A stretch of 63,982 nt of DNA, filler included, from Globobulimina sp. (GCA_003354225.1; 32 parts of 32 records of this genome joined end to end with filler, not necessarily neighbours in it); one strand, 5' to 3'. Numbered from the whole stretch's first letter, positions 34,822 through 48,069 are shown. The notes: a model not told the origin generated them from the letters alone. Translations and numbers: made by a program.

Positions 34822-35957
34822 TCAGATTGCTTGTAACTTTTTGAGTCGTTGTTCCAACGTATTACTATCATCAATTTTATTTATTATTTTTCCCATAATC
34901 TCCACTTCTTTTTGTAAACTATCGTCATTACATTTTTTCATTTCATTTTGAAAATATTTAAAAAAATCTGTAAACAATTTGCGATATTTATTATTTATTT
35001 CAATCTCATTTTCATTTTCATTTTTATTTGTTTCTTTTATCCATTTCCTCATTAATTGCACATATTTGGCTAACAATATTCCTTTGGCAATTCCTGTATT
35101 ATCATAAAAATTATTGTTATTTAAATCATCTTCTTTTTCTTCGATCGATATCAGATCATTTGTTGCATTCGATGGTGGTTTAAACGAAACCATTTGTCGA
35201 TTTATATACTTTCTACAATTTCTATCTTCGAAACTTACCTCAATGTGCACATTAATTGTCTCGTTATCATCATTATTCTTTTTCAATTTAATTAATTGTA
35301 TCCCTCCTTTTGTTTTTCCGCCAGATGTGTTTGAGGCAAATAATGTGTTTATTTTTGTGATTATATTTTCTTTTTTATTTATATCAATATCTGACCGGCC
35401 ATAAACCTCTTCAGTTCCACACGAATTGCCCTCTGATGTTAGTTTCAAACATACGTTAAATACCAATGGATTTACCATAAATTCGAATTCTTCATCCATT
35501 CGAGTCATAAAATCCTGCGTCGATTTCACTGAAAAATAATTACATCCTCTCGTATTTGATATTTTTTGTATTAGCGATGCATTGAAATCCAAACCTATCC
35601 CAATGAATGTAGTATAAATATAATGTTTTGAAAGCATGCGAGTTTCTGCGTATTTTGATACCATCGATAATAATGATTTCGGTGAAATATGGCCAATATT
35701 TGGTTGAGCATCTATATAAAATGGAAAATAATGTAATCAAAAACAAAAAAACACAACGCCAACCTGTTAAGAATACGATCCTATTTTCATATAAATCATT
35801 ATTTATCACATTTGATGCGAATAACTTGTGATATAAATCGAGAGCGATATTATATCCACTCTCAAAATTTGTTCCTCCGCTGGCGCGCATATTTAATACT
35901 TTATCTGTCAACGCATTCATATTCATAATATGCATATGCATCAATTCCAAATGCTAA
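34822..35957 (-). CDS. von Willebrand factor A domain protein (5' truncated)
   Basis: ASGGTNF, NRIVFLT|DAQPN (intron 35712-35763), TTFIGIGLDFN, RGCNYFSV, EEFEFMVNPLVF. Confidence 0.85.
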
Positions 35958-36057
35958 NNNNNNNNNNNNNNNNNNNNNNNNNNNNNNNNNNNNNNNNNNN
36001 NTTAATTAATTAANNNNNNNNNNNNNNNNNNNNNNNNNNNNNNNNNNNNNNNNNNNN

Positions 36058-36997
36058 GAATGCTGTCAAATACAATTTAAAAGTGCATTTAGCGTGCATT
36101 CGTCATGGAGGCAAAGCAAATTTAAAAAAGTATGCAAAAGTTCTTGATTTGGATGTGTGTGCTAAATCGCTAAGAAAAAGAAAAGATAATTCCGTGCACG
36201 AATTAGGTTCGAGAAGATCCAAAAAACGAAGAAAATTAAAATTAAACAATTGCAGCAATACACACCAAAGGCATCACAATCATAATCATAATATAAATAA
36301 TATGAATAATATGAATTCATATTATCCAAAACAAGAAGAGTATGATCAATTTGCTGCGCAATTATTATTTTCATTATCGGGCATTCCGCCGGTTATGGAC
36401 ATGAATCAAATGAACCATCCGATTGTGGATTGGAGTTCGGGTATTTCGCCAACAAACGATCTGATTAAATCGGAACAAATTCAACAAAATGAGTGTATGT
36501 TGAAACCAGAGCAATATTATGATCCATTGTATGGTTATTATTCGGTTAATTCAGCAAATCAATCATTATCGACATCGGCATCCACCATTCTTGAGCAACA
36601 GCAACAAAAATTAGAAAGTATGCACAAACAATCAAATAATAATAACAATGGCAACGTGAACAATGATAATAATTCCGATGCTGCCTTAATACCAAAACAA
36701 GAGCCGATATATTCTAATTTTGTAACAAATCCGCCATATTCAACACTGCCTTCATTGGATATACATTCAAATAATAATCATATGCAATATATGGTGCCAC
36801 CAAACATTTATTATCTACCAAATATGTATTATGATAATGCTCATTTATTATATTCCAATCCATCAACCAATCCCAATCAAATCGATATAAATAATGATGA
36901 TCAACAAAATAATAATAAAAAGATTGAAGTTCCACCATTACCTGTTCAATTTATAGAAAACTACAATGAATTAACTGGATTCGAAGTAAATAAATAA
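36058..36997 (+). CDS. Probable zinc-finger transcription factor, C-terminal Q/N-rich region
   Basis: KYNLKVHLACIRH (end of a C2H2 finger), basic NLS, AAQLLFSLS, Q/N/P/Y-rich tail. Confidence 0.55.
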
Positions 36998-38239
36998 AAT
37001 TTATTTTATGTTCGTTTTGTGTGTTGTATGTAGTATATCAATGTAACGTTATTTAAGTTTTGTACTTTGTAGTAAGTGGGTTTTATGACTTGATTTTAAA
37101 AAAAAAAACCAAAACAAAATCTAAATTTTTATGAAACAATCTTTTGTATCTTGTCCTGATAAATTATTTATGAAAAATGCCATTATTCCAAGCATGCCGA
37201 TTATTCCTTCAACTTGGCCTCTATTGGCACCACCCATGGTTTAGCCGCAGAACATTTTTAAGAAATTAGCACACAATTTTTCCTTTGTTCAAGAATCACC
37301 ATGAGATTAGGAGATTTATTAGCAAGTGATTCGATTTAATTAATTTCAAGAACAACAAAAACAAATTGTACATTATTTACATGCAATCAAACCAATAGTA
37401 ATACACCATCATTATTTTAATTGTCATTGAGTACATTATCTAATTTGTTGACTGTATATAATGTATATATATGTAATAAAAACAAAATAATTAATAAAAT
37501 GAAGGTAAATAAATTGGGTGTAATGTGTCTGCCATGCAGTCAGTGTGTGGTAATAATATTTCATGGTTTAATCAATAACACGGACCAAGGTGTTATACTC
37601 CAATATCATCAAAACAAAATGCAATAAGAAAGTTTTAGACACATACGTTTATGCAATAAGAATTGTGTCATCCCAACAGAGCAAAAACGATTGAATTACT
37701 GTACCATCTGTTTATATATATCTATTTTCAGCAAATATTTTAAAATAAAAAATGAATTAATTTCCATAAAAAAAACTGTATCAGAAACTCGTTCAATGTT
37801 TTTGTTCACAAACGTATTTCATGAGACTGTCGCGAAACAGATGTACTAAATTTTATCATCATATTCCTAAAACATATATAGAACATACATTCTTTTGGTT
37901 CCAATAACGCATAGGCTTTGCTTTGTGTCTCTGTATATAAATAAAATTAAATAAAATTANNNNNNNNNNNNNNNNNNNNNNNNNNNNNNNNNNNNNNNNN
38001 NNNTTAATTAATTAANNNNNNNNNNNNNNNNNNNNNNNNNNNNNNNNNNNNNNNNNNNNGTTTGAATAATTTGAACTTGGAGCGTTTCTTCTTTTGTTGC
38101 TGATCACAGCATACAGTATTGTTCCTATAGTAACATAGATTTGTAACAAAGTAAACAAACTAATTGAATCTGTACGTATATTATTAACTTATTGCCCATG
38201 ATTTTAAGAAAGTTATATTATTAACGTAAGAAAGTTATA

Positions 38240-39610
38240 TAAAGTAAAAAACTCTATTTTATGTGGCAACATCTGCCATAAATTGGTGTATTTTACCACC
38301 CACAATCCACGTTTTATACAATCAAACATGTGCAGATTTTTCAAATTACGCAGCTAAATCAATTGAATTGGATTTTATGAAAGGCGAATATGTTATTATT
38401 TACCAATAACAATGCTTCACTGTCTATTTATATTGATATCGCGTTAAATATTGTAAATATCAGCTTACCGTCAACATTGAACAGTGCATTTCAAACTATT
38501 TTTAGTTTTGACCAAGGGACATTATCAAGTTTCTACAATTCAAGTTACAATGCAACAACATTAAAATATGATTTCTTTGCGTTTATGCAAACATATAGAA
38601 TGCCTCCGGATGATTTATATATGTCATTGCCGAGACCCTATGATGATTATGAATATTTGCTGCAAACTACAAATTGGTTCAATTTAGAAGATGTTTCGAG
38701 CCGAGCTAATGATGCCGGCAATAATCACTCTCAATGCGATGGGTACAGCCAAGCACAGATTGATGCGGTTATTAACTCACTAAGTCCGACAGTCAGTACA
38801 TTACAAGCAGGAAACGCATTAAATCAAGCATATGTGTATGGTTTTGATGAAGTGGCCAATTCGTGCTCTGATGGAGTGAAGCAATTATTTGGTGCTGTTC
38901 AAGCGAAATGGCCCCAAATCAGAACATTCTGATCTTTGAATTGGGGCTATCCGCCGGTTGAAATGCCATTGAATGCATGGAATGTATTGTATTATTTATA
39001 TAATACATCTCAAGGAGAACAGTGGGTATATTCTGCTCAAAACAGAACGCAATGTCTCTATCATTCTGTTTCTCCGGGTATGTACAGTACTTTTTTTATA
39101 AAATAATTCTGATAATTGACAGTTTGACATTTAGCGAACATTGATTATTTGAATACATTCATTGAACGGCCATTGATGGCAGCTAGCGTCGTATACAAAT
39201 GTGAATGGGTGGCTGTATTACGCTGTTGATTTATGGGAAGGCTGCCCGGCAGATGGCAGTCCAAAAAAGACCATTATCCATCGCTATAATAAGAGTTTAC
39301 CATTTACTGATTTCCCGCCAGCAAACTATTTCCATTGCAATGCTGGAGACTATAAATTTGGAAATGGTGATGGATTTTTCTTATATCCGGGAGAATATGG
39401 TCCGATCACAAGTTCACGATTGCAAAATATCAGGGATGGATTGGAGGATTTGGAGTTGTTTCGAATGTTGTTTTAATGAATAAAGAACAGGAAATGGACA
39501 ACTTAATTCATCAAATTGCATCTGCGCCGAATAAGTTTGTATTGGATCCATTGTTGCTCCAAAAAGTTATAAAACAAGCAATTCAGTTTGTACTTCAGAA
39601 TAAAGAGTAG
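38240..39610 (+). pseudogene. DUF4091 / GH123-like glycoside hydrolase pseudogene
   Basis: YVYGFDE, LNTFIE, GWLYY, NGDGFFLYPG..GPITSSRLQNIRDGLED; in-frame TGA at 38930-38932, frameshifts near 39185 and 39472. Confidence 0.75.
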
Positions 39611-40061
39611 AATGAAATTTGTTTCAGCTTTTAGTTGGATCGTAAATTATGTTCTCATCAAATGGAGATTTTATATACAAAATATTAAGCAAGCGATTTT
39701 TTAATAGTTCCTTCGTAGTGTTGATAGGTGGTTAGAACACCATTTTGACACTTGTGCGTGGCTACGTTTTCGATAACACTTTGCACTGATAACGCAACGG
39801 TGATAACGGATAACGTTATCACGACATGTGATAACGGATAATGATCACGCTATTGTGTATATTGTTGCGTTATTACCTTTTGGTTACTACTTTGGAGTTA
39901 TAGGTGGAAAAAACACCCATTTGACACGCGTGCGTTAGAACCACTTTAGAAACACGCTGCANNNNNNNNNNNNNNNNNNNNNNNNNNNNNNNNNNNNNNN
40001 NNNNNTTAATTAATTAANNNNNNNNNNNNNNNNNNNNNNNNNNNNNNNNNNNNNNNNNNNN

Positions 40062-40857
40062 CAAACCAGCACAGTTATCCCCACTGCCAGCAGCTATTCC
40101 CACGGCACCACCCGTGGATCTTTCGACGTTAATGATATGTACGCCCTTTTCCAGCAAAAATATGGTCATTACAAATAAAACTAGGAACACAAAAAACGGC
40201 CACCATGTTAACGCCATCTTATATGAGTCGGAGGGTCGTCGTAATAAGTAATTTCGTAACGGGACAAATAAAATGATGACAAGTATTGCGGCAGTTATTG
40301 GTGTAGCAAACCACCAAATGAGTATTTGATACACATTGTGCCAATAAATGGCATCTGGTCCTTTTTCAATGATTGTAAAACCAATGATACTGCCTACGAT
40401 TGATTGGGTTGTGCTCACCGGTAAGGCCCATTTGGTTGCAAAATATAACCACAATGCAGCTGAAATAAGCGAAGAAAACATGCCTACCATTAACAAATCC
40501 TCTTCACCTTCGAAATACGCAAAGTCTGTGATTCCAGATCGCACCGTACTGGTTACACCAGCGCCTAATATCAGTGCTCCTAAAAACTCAAAAATCGATG
40601 CTATTATGACTGCTTGCTTCAAAGTTATGGCCTTTGCGCCGACTGACGTTCCAAAGCTTTAAATATGTGTAATTGTGTATATATTGTGTATATATTGTGA
40701 GGAATGCGAATGATGCATTAAAATAATTTCCGTACCAGTTGGCAACATCATTTGCTCCAACTCCCCATGCCATGGCAAAACATGCAACGCCGCCGAGTAT
40801 TACCAGCCATTCAAATTGAGAAACATTTGCAGGTGTTATTTGTGACGGAGAAGACAT
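40062..40857 (-). CDS. PiT/PHO4-family inorganic phosphate transporter (3' truncated)
   Basis: GVGANDVAN[C]FGTSVG signature across intron 40657-40735; FEFLGA, LPVSTTQSIVG. Confidence 0.93.
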
Positions 40858-40983
40858 TGTTTTTGGCTTTAATTTTAATTAAAAAACTTTCATCCAATAA
40901 TCCTTTCAGTTGCTTCCTAACTATTTCTGATATCATCTGAATTCGAACAATACGACAAACAACAATCTATCAATTAATTTACA

Positions 40984-41601
40984 ATGAGTCAACCAAAATG
41001 TAGAGTTTGCAACGGTTTGTCTGGTTTATTGGGCAATGGGTGTGATGGTTGTGGTGGAAGTGGAGTATATAAAAAACGACATAGCCACCACAAAAAACGA
41101 CATAGCCACCATAAAAAACGACATAGTCATCATAAAAATGCAAAGAATAAAGATAACTATAATGGAGCAAAGGCATAAAGGCATAAAGGCATAAATATAA
41201 CTATATTACAAACCAAAAAGGCATAAATATCCATGTCATGGTAGAAAAGTACTTCGATTATACCACCAAACCGATCAAAATGGTGCCACTGCCATAAAAA
41301 CCACTGGTAAAATGATCAGAGGATCTTCTGGAATGTTTGGAGGTGGCATATACTTCGTAGAAACCAAACAAGCAACACAGGGCAAGGCGCATCATAATGG
41401 ATTTATGGTGATAGCGGATGTTTTTGTTGGTAAAGAGCTGGTGACAATGAATGCATCAGCGGGGAATTTTGGTTTTATAGAACTATGGAAAAAGGGATAT
41501 GACTCAGTTTATGCTCCAAAAGGTTCTGGCAACGGCGATCCAGAGAGAGAGTTGTTTATAATTATGATCAAGTTAAAATTATTAAAGTAGACAAAATGTA
41601 G
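40984..41601 (+). pseudogene. CxxCxG zinc finger + basic repeats + Gig2/PARP-like ADP-ribosyltransferase, frameshifted
   Basis: CRVCNG..CDGCGGSG, (KKRHSHH)3, then LYHQT...GMFGGGIYF...V.VG...GYDSV...PE(R)VVYNYDQV; breaks at the AAGGCATA repeats (about 41170-41200) and a GA run (about 41543-41551). Confidence 0.65.
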
Positions 41602-42541
41602 TTAACGGATATCAAATGTTTATAATTATTGATCACGTTTTGCATTTGATATAGGTTTGCATCACTTTTTCATTATTTGTAAAAGTTCATTTAATTATAA
41701 AAGTATTTGTTTGATTATTACAATTTACAAAACAAGATATCATACCATTTTTAATTCAACTCTTCAAGAAAACTTTAATACCGCGTATATTTTCGGATTT
41801 GTATCATCTGCCAACAAAACGATTGCTTTCTACAATAAAAATAATAATAGAAAAAGCTACACAAAATAAGCAAAAAAATAATAATACATTTAATATGATC
41901 ACGTGAGTGACACGTACAAAACACACAAACTCTTCACTGAAAACAATTAATTAAATGCAAAAANNNNNNNNNNNNNNNNNNNNNNNNNNNNNNNNNNNNN
42001 NNNNNNNTTAATTAATTAANNNNNNNNNNNNNNNNNNNNNNNNNNNNNNNNNNNNNNNNNNNNATGAAATCATTGTTTAAACAAAAGACATTATAAAATA
42101 TTACCCTTGTTACCATCAGATTTTTTTACATTCAATTTTTTTTTTTTTCCTTGTGCTTTGTCGTCTTTACCCGTTTTATCTTCTGCCACGAAAATTAAAC
42201 CATGAGAATGTAGATTTCCACCAATTTGTTCTTCCAAGACTTCATATTTGATTACCGTTTGTCCTTGCTTTTTATGTTTTGATTGTTTTCTACATCTTTT
42301 ATCTCCCATGACTGTCAGGTTTTATTATTAAAGAGGTAGTAGATTTTTCTTTTTGATTATCAATTTTTATTATTAAAGAGGTTTTAGGTTTGTTTTTTTT
42401 GATTCACCGCAAAGAAAATTAATACATAATTCACACTTTCATAATCATAATTCTCTAATTTGATCATCATAATCCTCTATTTTTATTTTTCATTCTCCTA
42501 AATCTTCCTTCATTTTAACAAAAACCAAAAAAGTAGTAAAA

Positions 42542-43582
42542 ATGAGCAAGCGCCTCCGCAAACTCATTTATTCAACCGGAGACATCCTGGGACAAATGGA
42601 TACCGACGTTACAAAATTAAAAGCTCAAGTTATGTTGCTCCAATCAGAACAAGATGTTCAAGAAAATTATTTTGACAGCCAGTTAGATACAATTGACAAC
42701 CGGTTAGATACAATTGACAAGCAGTTAGATACAATCTGTGACATGATCAGCACAATGGAAATTGAAATTCATGAGATTAAACAGACTTGTGAAGCCAAAA
42801 AACCCAAAATTCGAAATTTTGCACTTCGTCATAAGGATTATGGAGTGGCTATAGCAGAATTGTATTTAATGAACGGAGATTGGCGGGATCCTCGTAACAA
42901 ACCTGAAAATGTTTTGCAGAAAGTGAATGAAAAAGAAATTATGAAGAAATGGAATGAACAGATGGGACATGACATTCCAATTGAAACATGTGGTACCTGT
43001 GGAAAAAGAATACCTATGCAAGAGGAGGATTATAAACTCTTACCACCTGAAAGTAGATTACTCCGTGTTTGCCAAGCAGAGAATGAAACATTACCACATG
43101 AAGATTCAGTTAGGTATAAAGCCATGCATTTGGTTAAGTTTGATGATATGGTTTTTAAAATTGCAGAAAAGGGTATTAAAAAAAACAAGATTATAGTCTG
43201 CCATGAGTGTTATCAAAATTTAGATTATGCGAAACGAAGTAAGAAACCACCAATCAGCACAATTGCGCATTATGATATTGGCAAAATTCCAGAAACTTTG
43301 AGAAAACTAACTTTTGGAGAAAAATTAGCTATTTCAAAAATTATTGTGTATGTTCCGCATATACAATTAAAATATGTTCATGGAGCATGTCATAAAGGTG
43401 TAAAAGGCCATTCATTTGGAATTAGGTCGACAAGAAATGAGATTTACAAGTCTGTTACAACAGCCTTGCCAAGGAGAGATTTAGGCACTGTTATTAAAAT
43501 TATTCTATTTGGTAAAGCTAATACATGGGCACTGGCAAAAAAATTTTTACAACAACAAAAAGGCCCTTTGTATTCGTATTGA
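42542..43582 (+). mobile_element. Helitron-associated DUF6570-like ORF (truncated RepHel N-terminus) with heptad coiled coil
   Basis: CGTCG...VCHEC...PPISTIA...GKIPETLRKLTFGEKLAISK...GVKGHS; three 21-bp QLDTID-type repeats at 42680-42740. Confidence 0.7.
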
Positions 43583-44065
43583 GGCTAGTATAGTTTGATT
43601 TTGTTTTGTTTTTGATTTAAATATTAGCTATTCGAATGTAAATTATAAATATTCTGAGTTTGATTTTGTTTTGTTTTTGATTTTGTTTTTGATTCACCGC
43701 AAGTGCGAATATGCTAAGAGTTGTTATTTGTGTGCAGCTGTAGATTTTAAATTTTAGATTAAAAAAACTCAGAGTGAATACTTAAAATTGAATGGCTGTT
43801 AATGTTTTGTTACCTTAAGTTAGTCACTTTATCATGGTCTCATTAGTCCACACAAAGGATGCGTTTGGATGGATTATATGATGGATTTATACTAATTGTC
43901 AAAATCATTGTCGCTCAGTTTCTTTTCATAATCATTGTCGTTTTTTAGGAATTCCAGGACTTTTANNNNNNNNNNNNNNNNNNNNNNNNNNNNNNNNNNN
44001 NNNNNNNNNTTAATTAATTAANNNNNNNNNNNNNNNNNNNNNNNNNNNNNNNNNNNNNNNNNNNN

Positions 44066-45967
44066 AGAATTGAAAATTGTGGGCGAAATATTGCAAAATG
44101 CATTGCATTCTAATCCTCATCAAGGTACATTGATATATATTTTATTTTCATCATGGACCAATATTTATGATATTCCGTATGATATAGATGCTAAATCATT
44201 GAATTTACTTTCAATTTTAAATTCTTATGAGCAGGTTCTATCGAAATACAATATTAAACCAGAAGAAGATCTTTTTTATTATCGATTCTTACTTCAATTA
44301 AATATGGATCCAGATAAAGATTGGTTCGCTAAGCTTAAAAAGTTAAAAAAAACATAAAAAATGATATATTTTCCATCTTTAATTAAAAAAATACGAATGC
44401 CAAATAAAAGGCATCACAATTTATTAAATTCAAACAAAATCAATCAATCGGAAATACACAACACTTTTCTTGATATCGATGATTCGAAATTTGAAATTAA
44501 TGATAATGTCAATGAGTCAACATCATGTTCACCAAAGTCCTCCCATTACAATGATGTGCAAGATCTACAAAACGAATATCAGAGAACATGGAACGATAAC
44601 CATCGACAAAAAAATATTACCACACAATCCAAACCTCAACAAAATATATCACGAAGGAATCAATTTGTTGATATGTTAGAGGCTGCATTAGAGCCAAAAA
44701 AAAGAGCGCAAAGAAAAGTATTGGAAGCATGGAAAAAGCTTAGTTTATATTATTAATTTTACACAAATATATAATTATATCCTATAATACGCAGATTTGT
44801 TACAGAAAATAGAATAATTTATATTGGATGTAACGTTGCTATGAGCAAAGCAGAAACATATTTTGAAGATAAAGCAATGATAAAATGTATTCGTAAATGG
44901 TTGAGCTGTACAAAAAAAAGGAAGAAACTACGGGATAAGAATGAGAGAGCGGATGATTTGCATCAGAAACATATGGAAAAACGAATCGTTTGCAGATGGA
45001 AATTATATGTAAAATATGCGAAGCGATATCGGAAATGTTTAAAGAGGACCAAACAATGGTATTTACATCGATTAATTAAACAATGTTGGAATAGTTGGTA
45101 TCGACAGTATTTATATTACAATGAATTACAGATTCAATCAACAAAACATTTTAATACAAAAAAGAAACAAAATATAATCAATGAATGGACAATGTTATGC
45201 AAAATAAATAGTAAAATTAATGATTTGCAAACAAAACAGTGTTTTATGAAATGGTTGAAAATTGTGAAAAAAAATAGGATTCCAATTTTAAATAAAGCAT
45301 CGCAAATAAATGCAATATGTATGTGGACGGAATATTCATTCAACTGTAATATCATAAATGTTGTCAATAAAATGAAGAAACACGCAAAGCATAATGATGC
45401 TGTGTTGTGTGCAAAACAAATTGCAAATAGAATACAAAATGATTATGATTTAGTATGGAAAGCAACGCGAATTAATCAGTTAAAAGAAATGATAACAATT
45501 TATGAAAATTATGGTGTGATTTTTCATTTTAGAAATTGGAGAAAATGTACACGAAATATTAAACAAATGCAAATTGAATATTTTAGAACATGGCGATATA
45601 TTATTACAAATTGGAAGCATCGAAAGATTGTTGCACATAAATATCGGCGGCGGAATTTGTTAAACACAGCATTTAAAGTTCGGTTATTTTTCTATTGTTT
45701 TTCTATTGATGTAAATTGTTTGCATCACCAAAAGTGTTGGAAAATTAGGTATTGTGCAGATATTAAATTACATTATTTGGAAGGAAAGATAATTAGAGTA
45801 CGAAATAGAAGATTAATTAAGAAATATTCGCGTATTTGGACATTGAATTTATTGGCAATGTTATTTTATAAAAATGCATTAAAAACAAATATAATGAGGG
45901 AATGGAAAAGTGTCATTAAACAACAACTGATAGAAACAATTATGGATCAAAAATCCGCTTTATTTCG
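44066..45967 (+). CDS. Sfi1-like centrin-binding repeat protein, multi-exon fragment
   Basis: N-terminal SYEQVLSKYNIKPEEDLFYYRFLLQL plus many periodic Trp repeats (KCIRKW, KQCWNSW, KQCFMKW, FHFRNW, NIMREW). Confidence 0.7.
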
Positions 45968-46170
45968 NNNNNNNNNNNNNNNNNNNNNNNNNNNNNNNNN
46001 NNNNNNNNNNNTTAATTAATTAANNNNNNNNNNNNNNNNNNNNNNNNNNNNNNNNNNNNNNNNNNNNAATAGCATTTACCATTGATATTGTAGCGAAAAT
46101 GTGGTAATGTAGTGAAATGCAAAAAAAAGGCAAAAATCCACAATATTATTGTTGAATATTCAAAATGTGA

Positions 46171-46198
46171 TTTACATATTGGAAGAAATACCTATAAT
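46171..46198 (+). promoter_or_regulatory. Bacterial sigma70-like promoter upstream of the HD fragment
   Basis: TTTACA-16 nt-TATAAT, 17 bp before ATG 46216. Confidence 0.45.
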
Positions 46199-46215
46199 TA
46201 AGATAGAATATTTCT

Positions 46216-46344
46216 ATGAGTGACCTCAAATTTAATGGCGAAATAAGGGACCCTGTGCATGGCTTGATTCCTATAACGGAATTTGAAAGGGATGTTATTA
46301 ATACCATGCCGTTTCAGAGATTGCGAAATATCAAACAATTGGCG
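46216..46344 (+). CDS. N-terminal 43 aa of an HD-domain phosphohydrolase (dNTPase/SAMHD1-like), broken before the HD motif
   Basis: IRDPVHGLIPI...VINTMPFQRLRNIKQL. Confidence 0.85.
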
Positions 46345-47969
46345 ATTGATGCTGGTGTTATCTGTCTGTTCTGGGCTTATTTCACATTCATTTTCGGAGC
46401 TGAAATGTATAACGTTCTTCCCAAAATATTGATGCCATTTTTCATTTTAGTGACCAAGCTGTCAGTCACGGTGATTGAAGAAAAGAAATTACACATCAAA
46501 AAAACACAATTATTGAGTGGGATGGGTATTATCGCCTACTGGTGTGCACATTTGATATCTGCGTGCCTTTATTTGGCAGTTTTTGTCGCCATCTTTGCAT
46601 TTGCGCACAATTGTATACGTGTGCACAATAATGAATTGTCAATGGACCAGTTCTGGTTCGAAAACGCCTCAGTTTTTTCCAAAGTGTTTGTAGCCAATGC
46701 ATTGACATTGCAAACGGGTCATTTGTGTTCACATTTATTCAAAACAAGAAAGTTACCCAAAGCATTATATAATGCGTTGGTTATTCCCGTTGTCATTGGA
46801 TGGTATTACTTCTATGGTTTTTTGGAATTAAAAATGTTAGTAATATTGGTGATTATAGTATTATTTGCAGTGACAGTCAGCATTGAATTTTGTATGGCGC
46901 CGTATGGAATAAGCGCACCATATGATTTCTCCCAAATTGTTGACAATGAAGAAATAGACATTGATGTGGAGAGTGAAAAAAAGAAGTTAATGACTGCTGA
47001 AAATATCAAAGCTGAGGATAGGTTACAAATTTTAGGTTTGGGCAAAGTGTATCCCAGAAAGAAAAAGAAGGAAAAAGACACCATTGCAGTCACTGATTTA
47101 TGGCTTTCAATTGCCAAGGGCAATATTCTTGGTTTTTTGGGCACGAACGGGGCCGGCAAATCGAGCACAATGCAGTGTATTGTCAAAGATATCCGTTGTA
47201 ACAGTGGAGATGCAGTGGTGAATGGTTTATCATTGAATGATACCTCATATTTTCGGTATTTGCAGCAGGCTCAAATGGGGTACTGTCCACAAAAAGATGG
47301 TTTAACGGAAGAGATGACAGTCCTGAAACATTTACAATTGTATGGTAAATTGAAGGGAATGTATGGCAAAGATTTGAAACAATGTTGTAAGATATTATTG
47401 CATACATTCCAACTGAGTGAACATTCTGAGAAATACGTGAAAGATTTGTCGGGCGGCAACAGAAGGAAGTTGTGTGCCACATTGGCAGTCATTGGCAATC
47501 CAAAGATTATTTTATTGGACGAGTGCACGATTGGAATTGACCCCATCGCGAGGCGCTACATTTGGAACTGTGTCAAACAACTGACGAAACATAATAAGAA
47601 TTCAGTGTTATTAACCACACACTCGATGGAAGAAGCCGAGTATTTGTCAGATCGTATCGGAATTATGCACAATGGGAAATTGAAGTGTCTTGGAAGTGTC
47701 AATCACTTGAAACAGAAATTTGGTGTTGGATATGAGCTGTTTGTCAATATCACAGAAAATATTAATGAGAATGAGACAATTGATACGTATACGGAGGGTA
47801 TTAAGAAGCATTGCATTGAGGTTTTAAGTCGATCTGCAAATGCAAAGGTCAAGTGTTTAGAAAACACACTGAATTCATTACGATTTGAGGTGAAAGGAAT
47901 GGAGGGGAAAGGTAGTGTGAATATTGCCAAAGTATTTGGCTGCGTTGAAGCAATGAAAAAAAAGTATCG
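46345..47969 (+). CDS. ABCA-family transporter fragment (TM region + NBD)
   Basis: EEKKLHIKKTQLLSG, GFLGTNGAGKSS, GYCPQ, LSGGNRRKL, LLDECTIGIDP, LTTHSMEEAE, HLKQKFGVGY. Confidence 0.92.
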
Positions 47970-48069
47970 NNNNNNNNNNNNNNNNNNNNNNNNNNNNNNN
48001 NNNNNNNNNNNNNTTAATTAATTAANNNNNNNNNNNNNNNNNNNNNNNNNNNNNNNNNNNNNNNNNNNN

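Noticed and set aside
38930..38932. In-frame TGA as selenocysteine or an alternative genetic code
   Set aside because: The same gene has two further frameshifts, and TGA is a normal stop in other genes here; pseudogene is simpler
46216..48021. Novel 601-aa HD-ABCA fusion protein taken at face value
   Set aside because: The HD part lacks catalytic residues and the ABCA part lacks its N-terminus; other junctions in the window point to chimeras
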